64,000 nt of DNA from a virus. The stretch is from the IMG/VR virus record IMGVR_UViG_3300020048_000040, positions 1 to 64,000 of that record. The stretch is one strand, 5' to 3'. How positions within the stretch are numbered: the stretch's first letter is position 1; every line of letters starts with the position of its first letter. Shown one piece after another: positions 29,301-38,980 of the stretch. The position numbers and the translations under genes are program-made. The notes under the pieces are model-generated. The model ran no database searches. It was not told the DNA's origin and was given only the letters and a program-made list of their open reading frames with translations.

Positions 29301-30355
29301 GTTTTAGGAGCAAACTTTATAGCATCCAATGTCTGTTCTTCATTGATACCGCCATAACCAGCTTCATTGTTTATAAATTGGAAAATGACATCATCGGATT
29401 CCTTTTGTAAATTTATAGCGCCTTTTACAATATTACCACCAGTTCCTCCACCAATTCTATAATAAATAACTATCGTACTTCCAGAAGGTGGCCTTTTTGA
29501 AGAACTTGATAAAACAAAATCTGTACCAAATTCTATTTCAACTCCATTATTAGATAGTGTGTTTAAAGAATATGGAATTCCATAATCAGAACTTTGAGCT
29601 TCTGGTTGTGTAAACGATTTTACTTGATATAAAGGTATCTCTTTATATTGATAAGGATCTTGATTTGTTGTTCTGTTTAATAAATATACTTCTACAGAAT
29701 TTTCTATTATCGCAGTAGAATTTATAACTACTCTCGCTCCAGAATTTCCTGTTACTGTTTGTGTTTCCTTTATGGTTGTTCCTTCATAAAAATAAAGATT
29801 TTCGGCAGTAGTAAAACTTGCTGGTGTAATTTCAACAGCAGTACCATACCTATATCTATATCTACTTGCATAATTATCATAAGAATAAGGAATTAATTCG
29901 AAATTTTTAGATACACCATTGTTTCCGGTAGTGGTTATTAAAAATGGAGGAGTATATATTTCTTCTGAGGATATGTAATCAATAGCATTAAAACTTTTTG
30001 TTAGAGCTATGTTAGAAACAAAAGAACTTTTTGCCAAAACACTAACAGAAACTAAAGCCGCATAAGGTTTTTGTAAATCATAACCTATAAGTTTTAGTAG
30101 ATTTATTATAGATTGTTTTTGTTGTGCTGTTGTTAAAAAGTTTTCGTTTATAGCAAAATCTATTCTTGTGGCTAGATTATCAGCAACCCAAGCAAATAAT
30201 TCTATTAGTAATTTTGTATAATCATTAGAGGTATAATCCTCCCAATATATGTTATATTTTGGATTGTTTTTTATCAATCCAACTAAATCTTCAACTATAT
30301 TATCAAAAGCTATTCCTGAGAATGAAGTTTTTTCCAGTTTTTTTAATTCATCCAT
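26360..30355 (-). CDS. Baseplate wedge protein (T4 gp6 / P2 gpJ-like) with large insertion
   Basis: LIELFAWVAD...ENFLTTAQ, YRIGGGTGGN, RTVTTEDY, and C-terminal FGE...S.....IEGVKYV. Confidence 0.88.
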   Translation of the reverse strand: MDELKKLEKTSFSGIAFDNIVEDLVGLIKNNPKYNIYWEDYTSNDYTKLLIELFAWVADNLATRIDFAINENFLTTAQQKQSIINLLKLIGYDLQKPYAALVSVSVLAKSSFVSNIALTKSFNAIDYISSEEIYTPPFLITTTGNNGVSKNFELIPYSYDNYASRYRYRYGTAVEITPASFTTAENLYFYEGTTIKETQTVTGNSGARVVINSTAIIENSVEVYLLNRTTNQDPYQYKEIPLYQVKSFTQPEAQSSDYGIPYSLNTLSNNGVEIEFGTDFVLSSSSKRPPSGSTIVIYYRIGGGTGGNIVKGAINLQKESDDVIFQFINNEAGYGGINEEQTLDAIKFAPKTIKTADRTVTTEDYDIVLSKNNTTLISKSYGADSGLDSDLLLTKYKTLIKPFEVWHYIIANRDTIINQKTYDYQGFEFFVKDKEEYINYPAVYRNGKLNDLRYIGEPLENPLIDVEFFPQVDLDPLPQTNIATFTNYSIINIGSSFVNKVLDTSGTDIVVNGSFKLKIREADVAETRVSLITEYTDTGVTDYALNFDFNFDFLNNNTSLEDFADGTEFRKTRDVKAEFKSRYNSASFDLSTKYNIKLSIDGRGYKEIDLVLNPAKTPAAIVTAIKASINEPMLPSLYIEELSQASYRTGYTYYNYPSVGYTGLDDVPISYCDLIFENPIDADTETLWTGSNNGNVIDSTEDHFFTYKKGGVDATISFKFANDDENDDGKVTIGNFLRLINNEDRYVNDIVSSGYDSPFKNAGLRAFIVDGNRLRFMTIDGDLLEITEEYLTATNSLFTMFTQNAPDVISSDDSTISYKWDGNLANKLSIELVNNFLTITSPKSGIDSSISFKESSANDCFANIFGYTFGEKSEWTSVGLISATIIMNQALSNFGNIIIENGTPYARKKQLRFNYVLDDSWEVEIPDLYKMEGSYFIGDIVNDEKKYSHELSSLNIKITDSLVDDELFENIVSLPFDYTQKGSVLGIEFANDDTVSVTSKYIQMTISILGTAFIDITINSTSNAEFIDSLLISELVEILNDTVATEIATYSNDENYILFQDYLPFYLYVNGSNAKLGVRNFDCSSGSFINFFGFDEFGVPKQNNLSENNLLLELIDAGQFTSTIVEEEHCLSLYNTGDYYIENGIMDGNENRTIKVIKNHSGATDISRAPDGNIYLHFVNDKTGAEEYTDEEYFRDYLNKYKIVGMQNIFMKPKVIPIDIVGEVTLKKSITKNVATSLIENKLREELKLGKLNFGEPMLRSYVESIIYSIEGVKYVNLTYIGENATISGTNQITSSIGGVSADFNEALVLGDDISVNSIRTRGIMLGYTNV

Positions 30356-30367
30356 TTTCTACCCTTT

Positions 30368-30754
30368 TTATGTCAATACATTTTGTTCAATAGAAATTGA
30401 ACTTCCATTTATTTTATTCTTAAATATTAAAGAAACTTTGTACTCTGTAAAATCAACCTTCTCCAAATCTAAACTATATAAGTAAACACGACTTTCGTAT
30501 CTTGAAACAGATTTTTCTATTTCACGTTTTACTTCATCAAGAAATATAAATTCCGGCTCAAAAAGCAATGCTCTTAAGTTACAACCAAATTCAGGATTTC
30601 CAACCCTCTCTCCAGGAGTGGTAAATAATATTCTAACCAAACTTTCAACAATATCAGTTTTTCCGCTTTTGTATTGTATGCCATTATCCACAACATCTCC
30701 AGTCCCTGGATCGTATAACATACCTGTTTTTACATTATATATTCCAAGTCCCAT
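30368..30754 (-). CDS. gp25-like baseplate protein
   Basis: ILFTTPGERVGNPEFGCNL..LLFEP...I...YESRV. Confidence 0.92.
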   Translation of the reverse strand: MGLGIYNVKTGMLYDPGTGDVVDNGIQYKSGKTDIVESLVRILFTTPGERVGNPEFGCNLRALLFEPEFIFLDEVKREIEKSVSRYESRVYLYSLDLEKVDFTEYKVSLIFKNKINGSSISIEQNVLT

Positions 30755-30755
30755 T

Positions 30756-31280
30756 TTAAACCTTCTCTATTATAAATCTTGCTTCATCATTAGTTGTATA
30801 AACGGTAGACATTCTAGATACTATATTTATTTTCCAACAAGATTCATATTTTTGATTTACTGTTCCATCATCCAATTGTTCTATTGTTGTTGCTAAAATA
30901 ACACTTTCTACACTTACTATTTTTGAAGCTAAAACATTTTGTGTATTTGATACTATATAGCAATCTTTATCATTAATTAAATAAGTGGAATCATTGTCAT
31001 CGTCTACGTTTTTTGCTATATATAGATATCTCTCATTATCTCCATCATATAAAATTTCTCTTACATATAATTGATTTTTATATATATCAACATTCTCATT
31101 ATTAGCAGCCATCATTTTTTGTGATAATTCCTTAGATACTAAATCGGAATGTAACATAACTAAAGTTCCAGTAGATCTATTTAATCGAGCTTGTAATAAT
31201 TTATACCTATCATGATAAAGACGATAGCCATTATAATCTATTTTAAAACTATCGGGAATTTCTGCTCCTGCTAATGTCAT
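30756..31280 (-). CDS. Hypothetical protein in the baseplate operon
   Basis: 174-aa ORF tightly coupled to its neighbours. Confidence 0.6.
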   Translation of the reverse strand: MTLAGAEIPDSFKIDYNGYRLYHDRYKLLQARLNRSTGTLVMLHSDLVSKELSQKMMAANNENVDIYKNQLYVREILYDGDNERYLYIAKNVDDDNDSTYLINDKDCYIVSNTQNVLASKIVSVESVILATTIEQLDDGTVNQKYESCWKINIVSRMSTVYTTNDEARFIIEKV

Positions 31281-31283
31281 TTA

Positions 31284-31784
31284 TTACTCCGCAAGAATCT
31301 CTTGAATAATCTTAAATTCCTCATTAAGACTTCTTTCAATAGCTACTGGAAAACTTTCAAGTATTACTTCTTTCTCTGATTTTTCAGAAAGAACTTTCAA
31401 TCCGGCTTTTACTGATCCCATAATTCTTCCAAGAATATCAACATCTATCTCTCTGGAAATCTTTTTATTTTCTGTAAGGAGTTTAACAAAATCATTGTAA
31501 TTCTCAGAAATGCTATCCATCTTCATTCTGGAATAAATAGAGGAAGTAAAAGTTCCATCAAGAATCTTCTTCTCAATTTCCTCAAATTTTCCCTTCATTT
31601 TATTGACATAATTCTTTACTTGAGTGTTTTCTCCAAGTAAAGGAAATAGCTCGTTTATCCTTGAGGAAACCATATAAAGATTATAATCTTCATCAATATG
31701 CTTTGAATTAGAAGATGATGCCTTCATATTGGCATACTGATCTTTCCCATATTTTACTGTGTTGAACAAGTCTTGTAAATTCAT
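31284..31784 (-). CDS. Putative head-associated protein (distant family B member)
   Basis: IDE, ISE, LTE, LSE, ILE and LNE sites. Helical similarity to the 6057 and 19941 genes. Confidence 0.45.
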   Translation of the reverse strand: MNLQDLFNTVKYGKDQYANMKASSSNSKHIDEDYNLYMVSSRINELFPLLGENTQVKNYVNKMKGKFEEIEKKILDGTFTSSIYSRMKMDSISENYNDFVKLLTENKKISREIDVDILGRIMGSVKAGLKVLSEKSEKEVILESFPVAIERSLNEEFKIIQEILAE

Positions 31785-31848
31785 ATTTGTCTACCTTCTT
31801 TTATATTAAGAGTTTAAATTAACTTTACAATAACAATTTTACATCTCC

Positions 31849-31885
31849 AGTTTGTCGTTTTCCGACAAACTAGTTTGTCGTTTTC
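31849..31885. repeat. Triple 9-mer direct/inverted repeat containing a perfect 18-bp palindrome
   Basis: AGTTTGTCG-TTTTC-CGACAAACT-AGTTTGTCG-TTTTC. Confidence 0.9.
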
Positions 31886-31937
31886 ATACAATAAATAACA
31901 ATAAGAATAACAGAGAGTATTTTGAAAAGATATTAAT

Positions 31938-32552
31938 ATGGGATTATACAATTTTTTAATATCAAAGCTACAACAAATAAGATATACAGCATTTCCTCCA
32001 AAAATATTGGCTTTTTCTTGTTTCTATAAAATGTCTTACAATAACTACAAACACGATCCTTCTCCATTAATATGGGTACAGTATAGCGGTCCTAAGTACA
32101 CGCATGGTTTGAATTTAAATTATTGCGATTCTTATGATAAGCAATGGTTTGCAAGAATTCTTACAGTATTAAAAAGAGGAAATCAGGCCATGGACGGAAT
32201 AACTTTTTATCGGTTCCTTAAGTTGAATCGTATCAATATAATCAAGAAGTGTTACAGGGTTTATTTAACTGCTCAAATAAGGAATCCAGTTCTTGTTTCT
32301 GCTGGATTGACAGAAATGTGGGATTTAGTTAAACCTTTTCAGGATGGTTATATAACAGCGTTAAATGAGCAGCTTCAGGAAAATAATTTATTAAGTGTAC
32401 AAAAGGTTACTCCAGCTTTTTCTCAAGCAGAATTATATAATAGGGTTAATGAGGTTTTTAGTTCTGTTCCACTGGATTCACAGAGATCAGTTACTGGTGT
32501 TCAAACAAAAGGATTGGCACCTTGGTTTACCAATCCTATGTATAGGAAGTAG
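31938..32552 (+). CDS. T4 gp2-like DNA end protector protein
   Basis: Y.NYKHDPSPLI...HGLNLNY...KKCYRVYL resembles the gp2 D..PLI / GLNLHY / C.K.YL pattern. Confidence 0.6.
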   Translation: MGLYNFLISKLQQIRYTAFPPKILAFSCFYKMSYNNYKHDPSPLIWVQYSGPKYTHGLNLNYCDSYDKQWFARILTVLKRGNQAMDGITFYRFLKLNRINIIKKCYRVYLTAQIRNPVLVSAGLTEMWDLVKPFQDGYITALNEQLQENNLLSVQKVTPAFSQAELYNRVNEVFSSVPLDSQRSVTGVQTKGLAPWFTNPMYRK

Positions 32553-32553
32553 A

Positions 32554-32712
32554 TTATTTATTACAGTTTTCCAAATCCTGAAGATCTATCAGTTTTGTAA
32601 ATAAACTGTCTTTTTCATTCCAAGTAACAATAAATACAGTATTTGATTTATACCTTTTTATTTTAGCATTGATTAACCTTCCGTTATGACCTATGATTTG
32701 ATAAGTTTCCAT
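32554..32712 (-). CDS. Small hypothetical protein (52 aa)
   Basis: METYQIIGHNG start with AAGGAG RBS, convergent with the gp2-like gene. Confidence 0.55.
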   Translation of the reverse strand: METYQIIGHNGRLINAKIKRYKSNTVFIVTWNEKDSLFTKLIDLQDLENCNK

Positions 32713-32763
32713 TTCTTTCTCCTTTTTTGAAAAGATATACTTATATATAAGAAAGGAATAACT

Positions 32764-35727
32764 ATGGCAATATCGAATTATATAGAAGCTAAAAAAGCTT
32801 TTAATGAAAACACTATATGGATTAACCAAGCAGAAAGAGATGCTGTAACTAACTTAGAGAAAGACAATACCACGTTTGATAATACGATTAAGACAAATCT
32901 CGCAGCTATGACTAAAAAAGCAAGAAGTGGAATTGTTATGAGTGGAGCACAATTTAATTCTGCTATCGATAGTTATAATAATAAAACAAAAGATGAAACT
33001 AAAAAATTAAAGTATGTTGAAAAAATTGATGATGGTATTAGAATAGAATATTTTAAAAACGAAGCGTCTGTTATAAGTTTAAATGGATCTAATTATATAT
33101 GTAATTATGTCATAAATACCTATGATTTATATTTTAAAAAATATTGTATAACCACCGATGAAACGGGGTTGTTTAGAAAAGAAGATAAAAATATATTTGA
33201 CGTTTGTATTGGAGCAGAAGCTACAAGAATAGCCAATGAATGGTTGGGTAATGGTGCGGAAGCAGAAAAAAATAAAATATCAAGTGCAATTAATAAAAAA
33301 ATAAGTAATCAGCAAACCATAAAAGAAATTATGGCTGCTGCTGAAACAAGAAATAGAGAGGTAAAAGATTGGAAAGAAAAGTTAGAAAAATTCTCTACTG
33401 AAGTTAAGAATGTAAATATTTATGCGGATGATACAAAGCTTCCTGACGGTATGACTCCTTTATATAAAGATGCTTTTTTTAAAATACCTAACCCAACTGC
33501 TCCGTATATTGATGTGCAATTCAGAACAAATTATAAAACAGGCCAACTAGATTCACTCACCAATCCTTTAAATTGGACTTCTGTTTGTGATAGGGAAAAT
33601 GGTAGAACTTTCTTTGAATCTATGTCACTAGAAGATACTGGTCTTGTTACTCTTAATTTAACCCTAACTGATATAAACTTTACTGAATTAGAAAATATTT
33701 TAAATAAAACAATAGTGTTATCAAACGCAACAAAGGATGTTATAAATAGAGATTCATCAACTAGTAAAAATTCAAAAATAGATGTAAGTTATAATCCAGA
33801 TTATGCTGTAAATATACGAGTTAGGTTTGGCTATGGATTTTCTAATCCTGATTATTTTGAGACATCAGATATTGGAATTGAATTTGCCAATAGAGTTTTA
33901 AAAAGTGAAACTAAAAAAACAGTCGTAAGATCTCCTTGGTTATATTTTCAAATAACTGGACTAAAATACACTGTCGGAGAAGGCGGATTAACCGCAAATA
34001 TTCAGGGTTATGAATCTAGAAATACGCCATTAAGAAAACTGCAATTCGTAAGAAAAAACTCAGTTTATATAAGTGAAACTGGTGATGCTGGTGATGTTAT
34101 AAAAATGATAGAAAAATTTATTAAAGAGTTGATACCTAAAACAAAAATAACGCTCGGAACAGAAAGTGATAAAAAAATAACTAATGCAGATGGAACTGTT
34201 AGCTCTAAAGCTTTGGAATGGAAAAATATAAAAACATTTAAGATAACAGAAGAAATAGTAAACAGTTCCGGAGTAACTGAAGGAAAAGAAAAGTTTGCAC
34301 CACTAAGAATACAGCTTGGGGATAGAGGAAGTGATTTTAGATTCAATGCTGGAGTAAAAAACTTTGGAACAATAGAAGACTTATTAAACGATTTTTGCAG
34401 CCAAATAGAACCTTTATATTTTAATGAGACAGGAGTAAGAACAACAAAATCAGCTCTTGCTAAGTATATAGCCCCATTTGGTTTTGAATATATTAAAGCT
34501 GGAATGGACGGTGGTGTACCTTCTTTGGAAATACAATTTTCTTATAAAGATAAAATAGAAAGTTTAAATGATAAGAAGGACCTAAGAATATATGAATGGA
34601 GAGAGACGAAGGATTCTATCATAAGTAGTTTTTCTGCTGAATCAATGCTTGATTTTGCCCAATTAAATGCTCCTATTACTTTTATTGATGATAAAGATAA
34701 TAATAAAAAAGAAATAAATTATATATCAGCTTTTGTATCCCCAACAAGCACAAGTACTCCAGTCTCGTCACCACCTAGTCCTTCTGGTGATTTTACTTTA
34801 ACTATGGCTGTTAACCACGTAGGATATGGAGATAATAGAGATAAAATTATAAATGAATTTAAAAAAATAATAAACAGGGGGATATTCAGAGCAGATATTA
34901 CTATACAAGGAGATCCATTCTATTTGTTTGATAAAGGGATGGAGCCTTATAAATATGGAATTTATATTTATGTTAATAGAAATGGATATATAACAAAAGA
35001 AGGAACCTATGTAAAACAAGAAAGAAGTTATTTATCTGGTTATTATTTAGTTACTAATATAGTTCACGAAATTAGTAGTTCTGGATATTTTACTAAATTA
35101 AAATTAGAAAAATTCCCATTACTTAAAATGGATTTAGTTAAAGAAAAAAGAGCAGAGTTACAGAGATTGGAAGATGAGAAAGCTGCTATACAAAAAAAGA
35201 TAGCTGAACTTGATAGAACTGTTTATTTGGGGAAAGCTAGCGAATTAATTACAACAACAGCTGCAGAAAATAAAGCAGCAGCTGATGCTCTTAGGGCACA
35301 AGAAGCTGCAGCTTCAGATACTGCTTTGAAGCCAGTATTAAAATCCATAAACGATTATTTTACTAAAATTAATTTAGGGTTTACTGTTTACACAACGCTT
35401 CCTAGTGCGGTACTTGAGGCTCAGAAAACTTTGACTGGAACAACAATATCCGCTTTATTAGAAAAATTAAGAACCTTAACCGAAACAAACAAAAAAATAT
35501 CTATTAGTTTTAACGATGCTCTTGGATCAGTAGTTCCTTGTGTATCAAAATTGCAAACTGAAAAACCAAAAATGGATAAAGATGTTTTATCTCGAATAAA
35601 CGTTCCTGCAAATGTAAAAGCTGAAATGGCAAATCTAAGCGATCAGTTAACCAAGCTTAACGTACAAACAAGTTTATTATGGAAAAAAAATATTCTTGCT
35701 GCTAGCAATAGCAATTGGGCGCTCTAG
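32764..35727 (+). CDS. Baseplate hub protein (gp27/gpD-like) with helical extensions
   Basis: IRVRFGY, ADITIQGDP, LSGYYLVTNIVHEISSSGYFTKLKL motifs. Confidence 0.75.
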   Translation: MAISNYIEAKKAFNENTIWINQAERDAVTNLEKDNTTFDNTIKTNLAAMTKKARSGIVMSGAQFNSAIDSYNNKTKDETKKLKYVEKIDDGIRIEYFKNEASVISLNGSNYICNYVINTYDLYFKKYCITTDETGLFRKEDKNIFDVCIGAEATRIANEWLGNGAEAEKNKISSAINKKISNQQTIKEIMAAAETRNREVKDWKEKLEKFSTEVKNVNIYADDTKLPDGMTPLYKDAFFKIPNPTAPYIDVQFRTNYKTGQLDSLTNPLNWTSVCDRENGRTFFESMSLEDTGLVTLNLTLTDINFTELENILNKTIVLSNATKDVINRDSSTSKNSKIDVSYNPDYAVNIRVRFGYGFSNPDYFETSDIGIEFANRVLKSETKKTVVRSPWLYFQITGLKYTVGEGGLTANIQGYESRNTPLRKLQFVRKNSVYISETGDAGDVIKMIEKFIKELIPKTKITLGTESDKKITNADGTVSSKALEWKNIKTFKITEEIVNSSGVTEGKEKFAPLRIQLGDRGSDFRFNAGVKNFGTIEDLLNDFCSQIEPLYFNETGVRTTKSALAKYIAPFGFEYIKAGMDGGVPSLEIQFSYKDKIESLNDKKDLRIYEWRETKDSIISSFSAESMLDFAQLNAPITFIDDKDNNKKEINYISAFVSPTSTSTPVSSPPSPSGDFTLTMAVNHVGYGDNRDKIINEFKKIINRGIFRADITIQGDPFYLFDKGMEPYKYGIYIYVNRNGYITKEGTYVKQERSYLSGYYLVTNIVHEISSSGYFTKLKLEKFPLLKMDLVKEKRAELQRLEDEKAAIQKKIAELDRTVYLGKASELITTTAAENKAAADALRAQEAAASDTALKPVLKSINDYFTKINLGFTVYTTLPSAVLEAQKTLTGTTISALLEKLRTLTETNKKISISFNDALGSVVPCVSKLQTEKPKMDKDVLSRINVPANVKAEMANLSDQLTKLNVQTSLLWKKNILAASNSNWAL

Positions 35728-35770
35728 CTTATCATTAATGTTTAGCAAAGATAATAGAAAGGAATTATAA

Positions 35771-38700
35771 ATGGCCGACTCCTTAGAACTACATCTTAAT
35801 ATCCAAAAAGCTTTGGAAAAAGATCTCGAAAAGAGTAATGAACATCTCAACAAAATAAATAAATCAACAGATAGATTAGCTGATAGTTTTAATAATATCC
35901 CTAAACAAGTTGAAAAAACAAATGGTCTATTATCTAAAATGGGAAGCACCTTGCTTGGAATTTTTGCTAAAGGTGCTGGTATGTTATCCCTTGCAGGTAT
36001 AGTAGAGGATACATTAAATATAGATAAAAATCTATCAAGATTGGCAGCAAGAACAAGTAAAGCAGGAGAGAATGTTGGTATAATAAAAGATGCAACTTTC
36101 TCTATAGCTAGAAACACTGGTTTGTCGGCAGAGAATGCTGCTGAACTGGTTTCCCAATTAAAAGGGTTTAAAATAGCTGATAATGATTTAAAATCCCTTG
36201 GAACTTCTGTTACCAATTTCTCAAAAGCTACAGGCGTAAGTAGCGAAACGGTGGCCCAATTGAGTGGCAATATGGTAAGATGGGGAAAGATGTCAGTTCA
36301 ACAAACGGAGACCGTCCTTGCCTCTATGGGACAGGCACAGAAGGTATTTAATTTGACTGAGGGTGAGCTTGCAGCTATGGGTGATAGCATTCAATTGAAT
36401 ACCAAGCGATTGAGATTGATGGGTAAATCTGGATTGGAAATTCAAGCTATGCAGAAGGGTGTAGTAAAACTAGCTGGAGCTTTCGCTGCTATAGGAATAG
36501 AAGCTGGAAAATCAAATCAAATGATAACTGACTTATTAGATCCTTCAAAAATAGAAGACAATGCCTTGATGTATGCAAAGTTGGGTGTTTCTATATCTGA
36601 TGTTATGCAAGGAACCGTAGATGTTGCAGGTTTGGCACCTAAGTTTAAACAACTTGGACAAGAAATAAAAGGTGGAGGAATGGCAGGAGTAGCTCTTGCT
36701 AAACAACTTAATTTATCTGTTGAAGAAGCTAAACAACTTGCTGATATCGATACCTCTAAATTTGAAGAGGCAATGCGTAAGACAGGCAATGATGCTGGAA
36801 AAGCTTTGAAACTTCTTAATGAAAATGGAAAAGGAGCAGGGGAAATAATAGGTGATACTTGGGAAAATATAAGAACTACTTTGATAGAAACATTATCAAC
36901 TGCTATGCCGTTAATAAAAGTATTGGCTGTCAAGTTCAAGGAGATTGTTGATTGGTTAAGTAAGGGAGCTTCTGATTTATTAAAGAATTTTAAAGTGGAA
37001 GAAATGTTTACCGGTTTTTCAAAATTAGTAAAAGGGATACCAGCCAAGTTGATATTGGCCATAGGTGCTGGATTACTGGCTTTGAAGTTTTTGTTACCAA
37101 AGATATTCGCACAAAAAGCTAACTATACAGCTATAACTGATGGAATACGTGATGCTTATTCTATAGGAGCAAGAGAAGGTTTACAGATGGGAGTTGAAAA
37201 GGCTTCTATGAGTAAAGATTTATCCACTTCTAGAAGTGGAGCTTCTGATGATAAGACAAGAAGAATACAGATGAGTAAGGGATATAGTAGAAGGCAAGGT
37301 GCTGCTGACTCATTAGATTCTACAGCCCAGACAAATATGTTTGGTTTTATGAAGAATATGGTTAAGGCAACTGCAGAGTGGAATAGAGAACTGGCGGCTG
37401 CTTCCACTCCAGTTTCAAAACTAGTTACTTGGACTGAAAGACTAGAAAAAGGAACCAGAGATAATGCAATGAAATCATTGGAATCAGCAAAAATTCAACA
37501 ACAAAACGCTACAAAAGAAGTTGAAGACGCTAAAACTAGAATCGAATATTTAAAAAGAATACAAAAGCAAGAATTTGATAAAGGAATGGAAGTTGACAGG
37601 CAATCAGGAACCTACAAGAAAATTACAAGAGAACTAGAAAAACAAGAAAAAATAAGAGATGACCAAATTGCGTTAACTAAAATAAACGAAGCCATAGAAG
37701 CTAGATCTATTAAATACTATGAAGGTTTATCTCAAGTGGAAAGAGGTATAGCACAGGAAAAACTTACCTCTATTAAAGAAGTTGAACAAGCAAATATTGT
37801 TGAATTAAAAAACAGAATGGAAGCTGCAAGAATATCAACAGAATTATTAAGTGTAGAAAAAAATGCTTTAGATGTTGAGGCGAAGAAAATACTTAATGGT
37901 AGGGAAGTTGAAAAACTTGATATAAAAGAACTTGATGCATACAGAGAGATAGAGAGAAGGTTAAAAGATAATCTTGCTGTTACTAACAGTAATATTGAAT
38001 CACAGAGATTAACAAATGATGAACTAACAAAAACAGAAACAAATCTTATCGATATAGTTAATGAGCTTGAAAAAGTATCAAACTCTGGAAAAACTGCTAT
38101 TGATATAGCTCCAGATTTAACATCATTCCCCAGAAAATTAGAAAATGGAGCAAAAGGTTTTGCAAAAAATATAAGAGGAGCAGTTCAAGTATTTGGAGAT
38201 AAAGTTGCTGATTCGGCTAGAGGATTTAAAGAAGTGATGAAGAATGTCTTCAATGTAAAAAATTTAGTTACTGCTGCTAAAGACGGTGCTGGTGGAATAG
38301 GAAAACTTATGGCTGGTGGTCTTGGTATAGGAGCATTGGTTAGTATTTTAACAAGATCAAAGCCAGTACAAGAAATGATAGCAAAAATATCCGCAAAGTT
38401 AGCTCCTATTATGGTTAAGTTAAGCAGTGCTTTAGAGCCTCTAATAGATCCGATAATAATGATGGTTGAAATTTTATTACCTCCTGTTATTAAAGTGCTT
38501 GGTGGATTATTAAAAGCTATTACTTGGTTATTAAAACCTATAAGTTGGTTAGCTGAAAAACTAACTGGAAATAAAGACAACGCTTTATCTGGATTGATCA
38601 ATGGCTTGGATGATGTAGCAGATACTTTATTGAAATTTGATATGACTCCATTAGCAGAAGCTACTAAAGATGGGACCGAGGCTACAGAAGCTTTGGCAGA

Positions 38701-38980
38701 AGAAATGAAAAACTCAAATGAAGTAGACCCTACATTAACTACATATAATGTTGGAGCTGGTGGTAATGTTAGACTTGCTCCTCCTCCAAATGTAAATGCA
38801 AAACCAACGGTAGTTCAAACAGATAAAGAATCTAAAGAGATAGCTAAAAGAACAGCTGATGCAACTGAAGCTTCCGCACAAGCTCTTGTTAACCTTGTTG
38901 CAAAAGATGCAAAAAACCAAAGAGCACCTACAGTTCAGTTTAGTTCTGATTTTAATGTTGCAAGGGCTGGAGGACGATAA
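35771..38980 (+). CDS. Tail tape measure protein
   Basis: 1069 aa, alpha-helical A/K/E/L-rich, hydrophobic Gly-rich stretches, Pro-spaced amphipathic repeats. Sits between hub and tube-initiator-like genes. Confidence 0.85.
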   Translation: MADSLELHLNIQKALEKDLEKSNEHLNKINKSTDRLADSFNNIPKQVEKTNGLLSKMGSTLLGIFAKGAGMLSLAGIVEDTLNIDKNLSRLAARTSKAGENVGIIKDATFSIARNTGLSAENAAELVSQLKGFKIADNDLKSLGTSVTNFSKATGVSSETVAQLSGNMVRWGKMSVQQTETVLASMGQAQKVFNLTEGELAAMGDSIQLNTKRLRLMGKSGLEIQAMQKGVVKLAGAFAAIGIEAGKSNQMITDLLDPSKIEDNALMYAKLGVSISDVMQGTVDVAGLAPKFKQLGQEIKGGGMAGVALAKQLNLSVEEAKQLADIDTSKFEEAMRKTGNDAGKALKLLNENGKGAGEIIGDTWENIRTTLIETLSTAMPLIKVLAVKFKEIVDWLSKGASDLLKNFKVEEMFTGFSKLVKGIPAKLILAIGAGLLALKFLLPKIFAQKANYTAITDGIRDAYSIGAREGLQMGVEKASMSKDLSTSRSGASDDKTRRIQMSKGYSRRQGAADSLDSTAQTNMFGFMKNMVKATAEWNRELAAASTPVSKLVTWTERLEKGTRDNAMKSLESAKIQQQNATKEVEDAKTRIEYLKRIQKQEFDKGMEVDRQSGTYKKITRELEKQEKIRDDQIALTKINEAIEARSIKYYEGLSQVERGIAQEKLTSIKEVEQANIVELKNRMEAARISTELLSVEKNALDVEAKKILNGREVEKLDIKELDAYREIERRLKDNLAVTNSNIESQRLTNDELTKTETNLIDIVNELEKVSNSGKTAIDIAPDLTSFPRKLENGAKGFAKNIRGAVQVFGDKVADSARGFKEVMKNVFNVKNLVTAAKDGAGGIGKLMAGGLGIGALVSILTRSKPVQEMIAKISAKLAPIMVKLSSALEPLIDPIIMMVEILLPPVIKVLGGLLKAITWLLKPISWLAEKLTGNKDNALSGLINGLDDVADTLLKFDMTPLAEATKDGTEATEALAEEMKNSNEVDPTLTTYNVGAGGNVRLAPPPNVNAKPTVVQTDKESKEIAKRTADATEASAQALVNLVAKDAKNQRAPTVQFSSDFNVARAGGR

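Noticed and set aside
35677-38601. Long antisense ORFs opposite the tape measure gene (also 12079..12690 and 22615..23199)
   Set aside because: Typical reverse-frame shadows of K/E/A-rich genes, with no coherent protein features.
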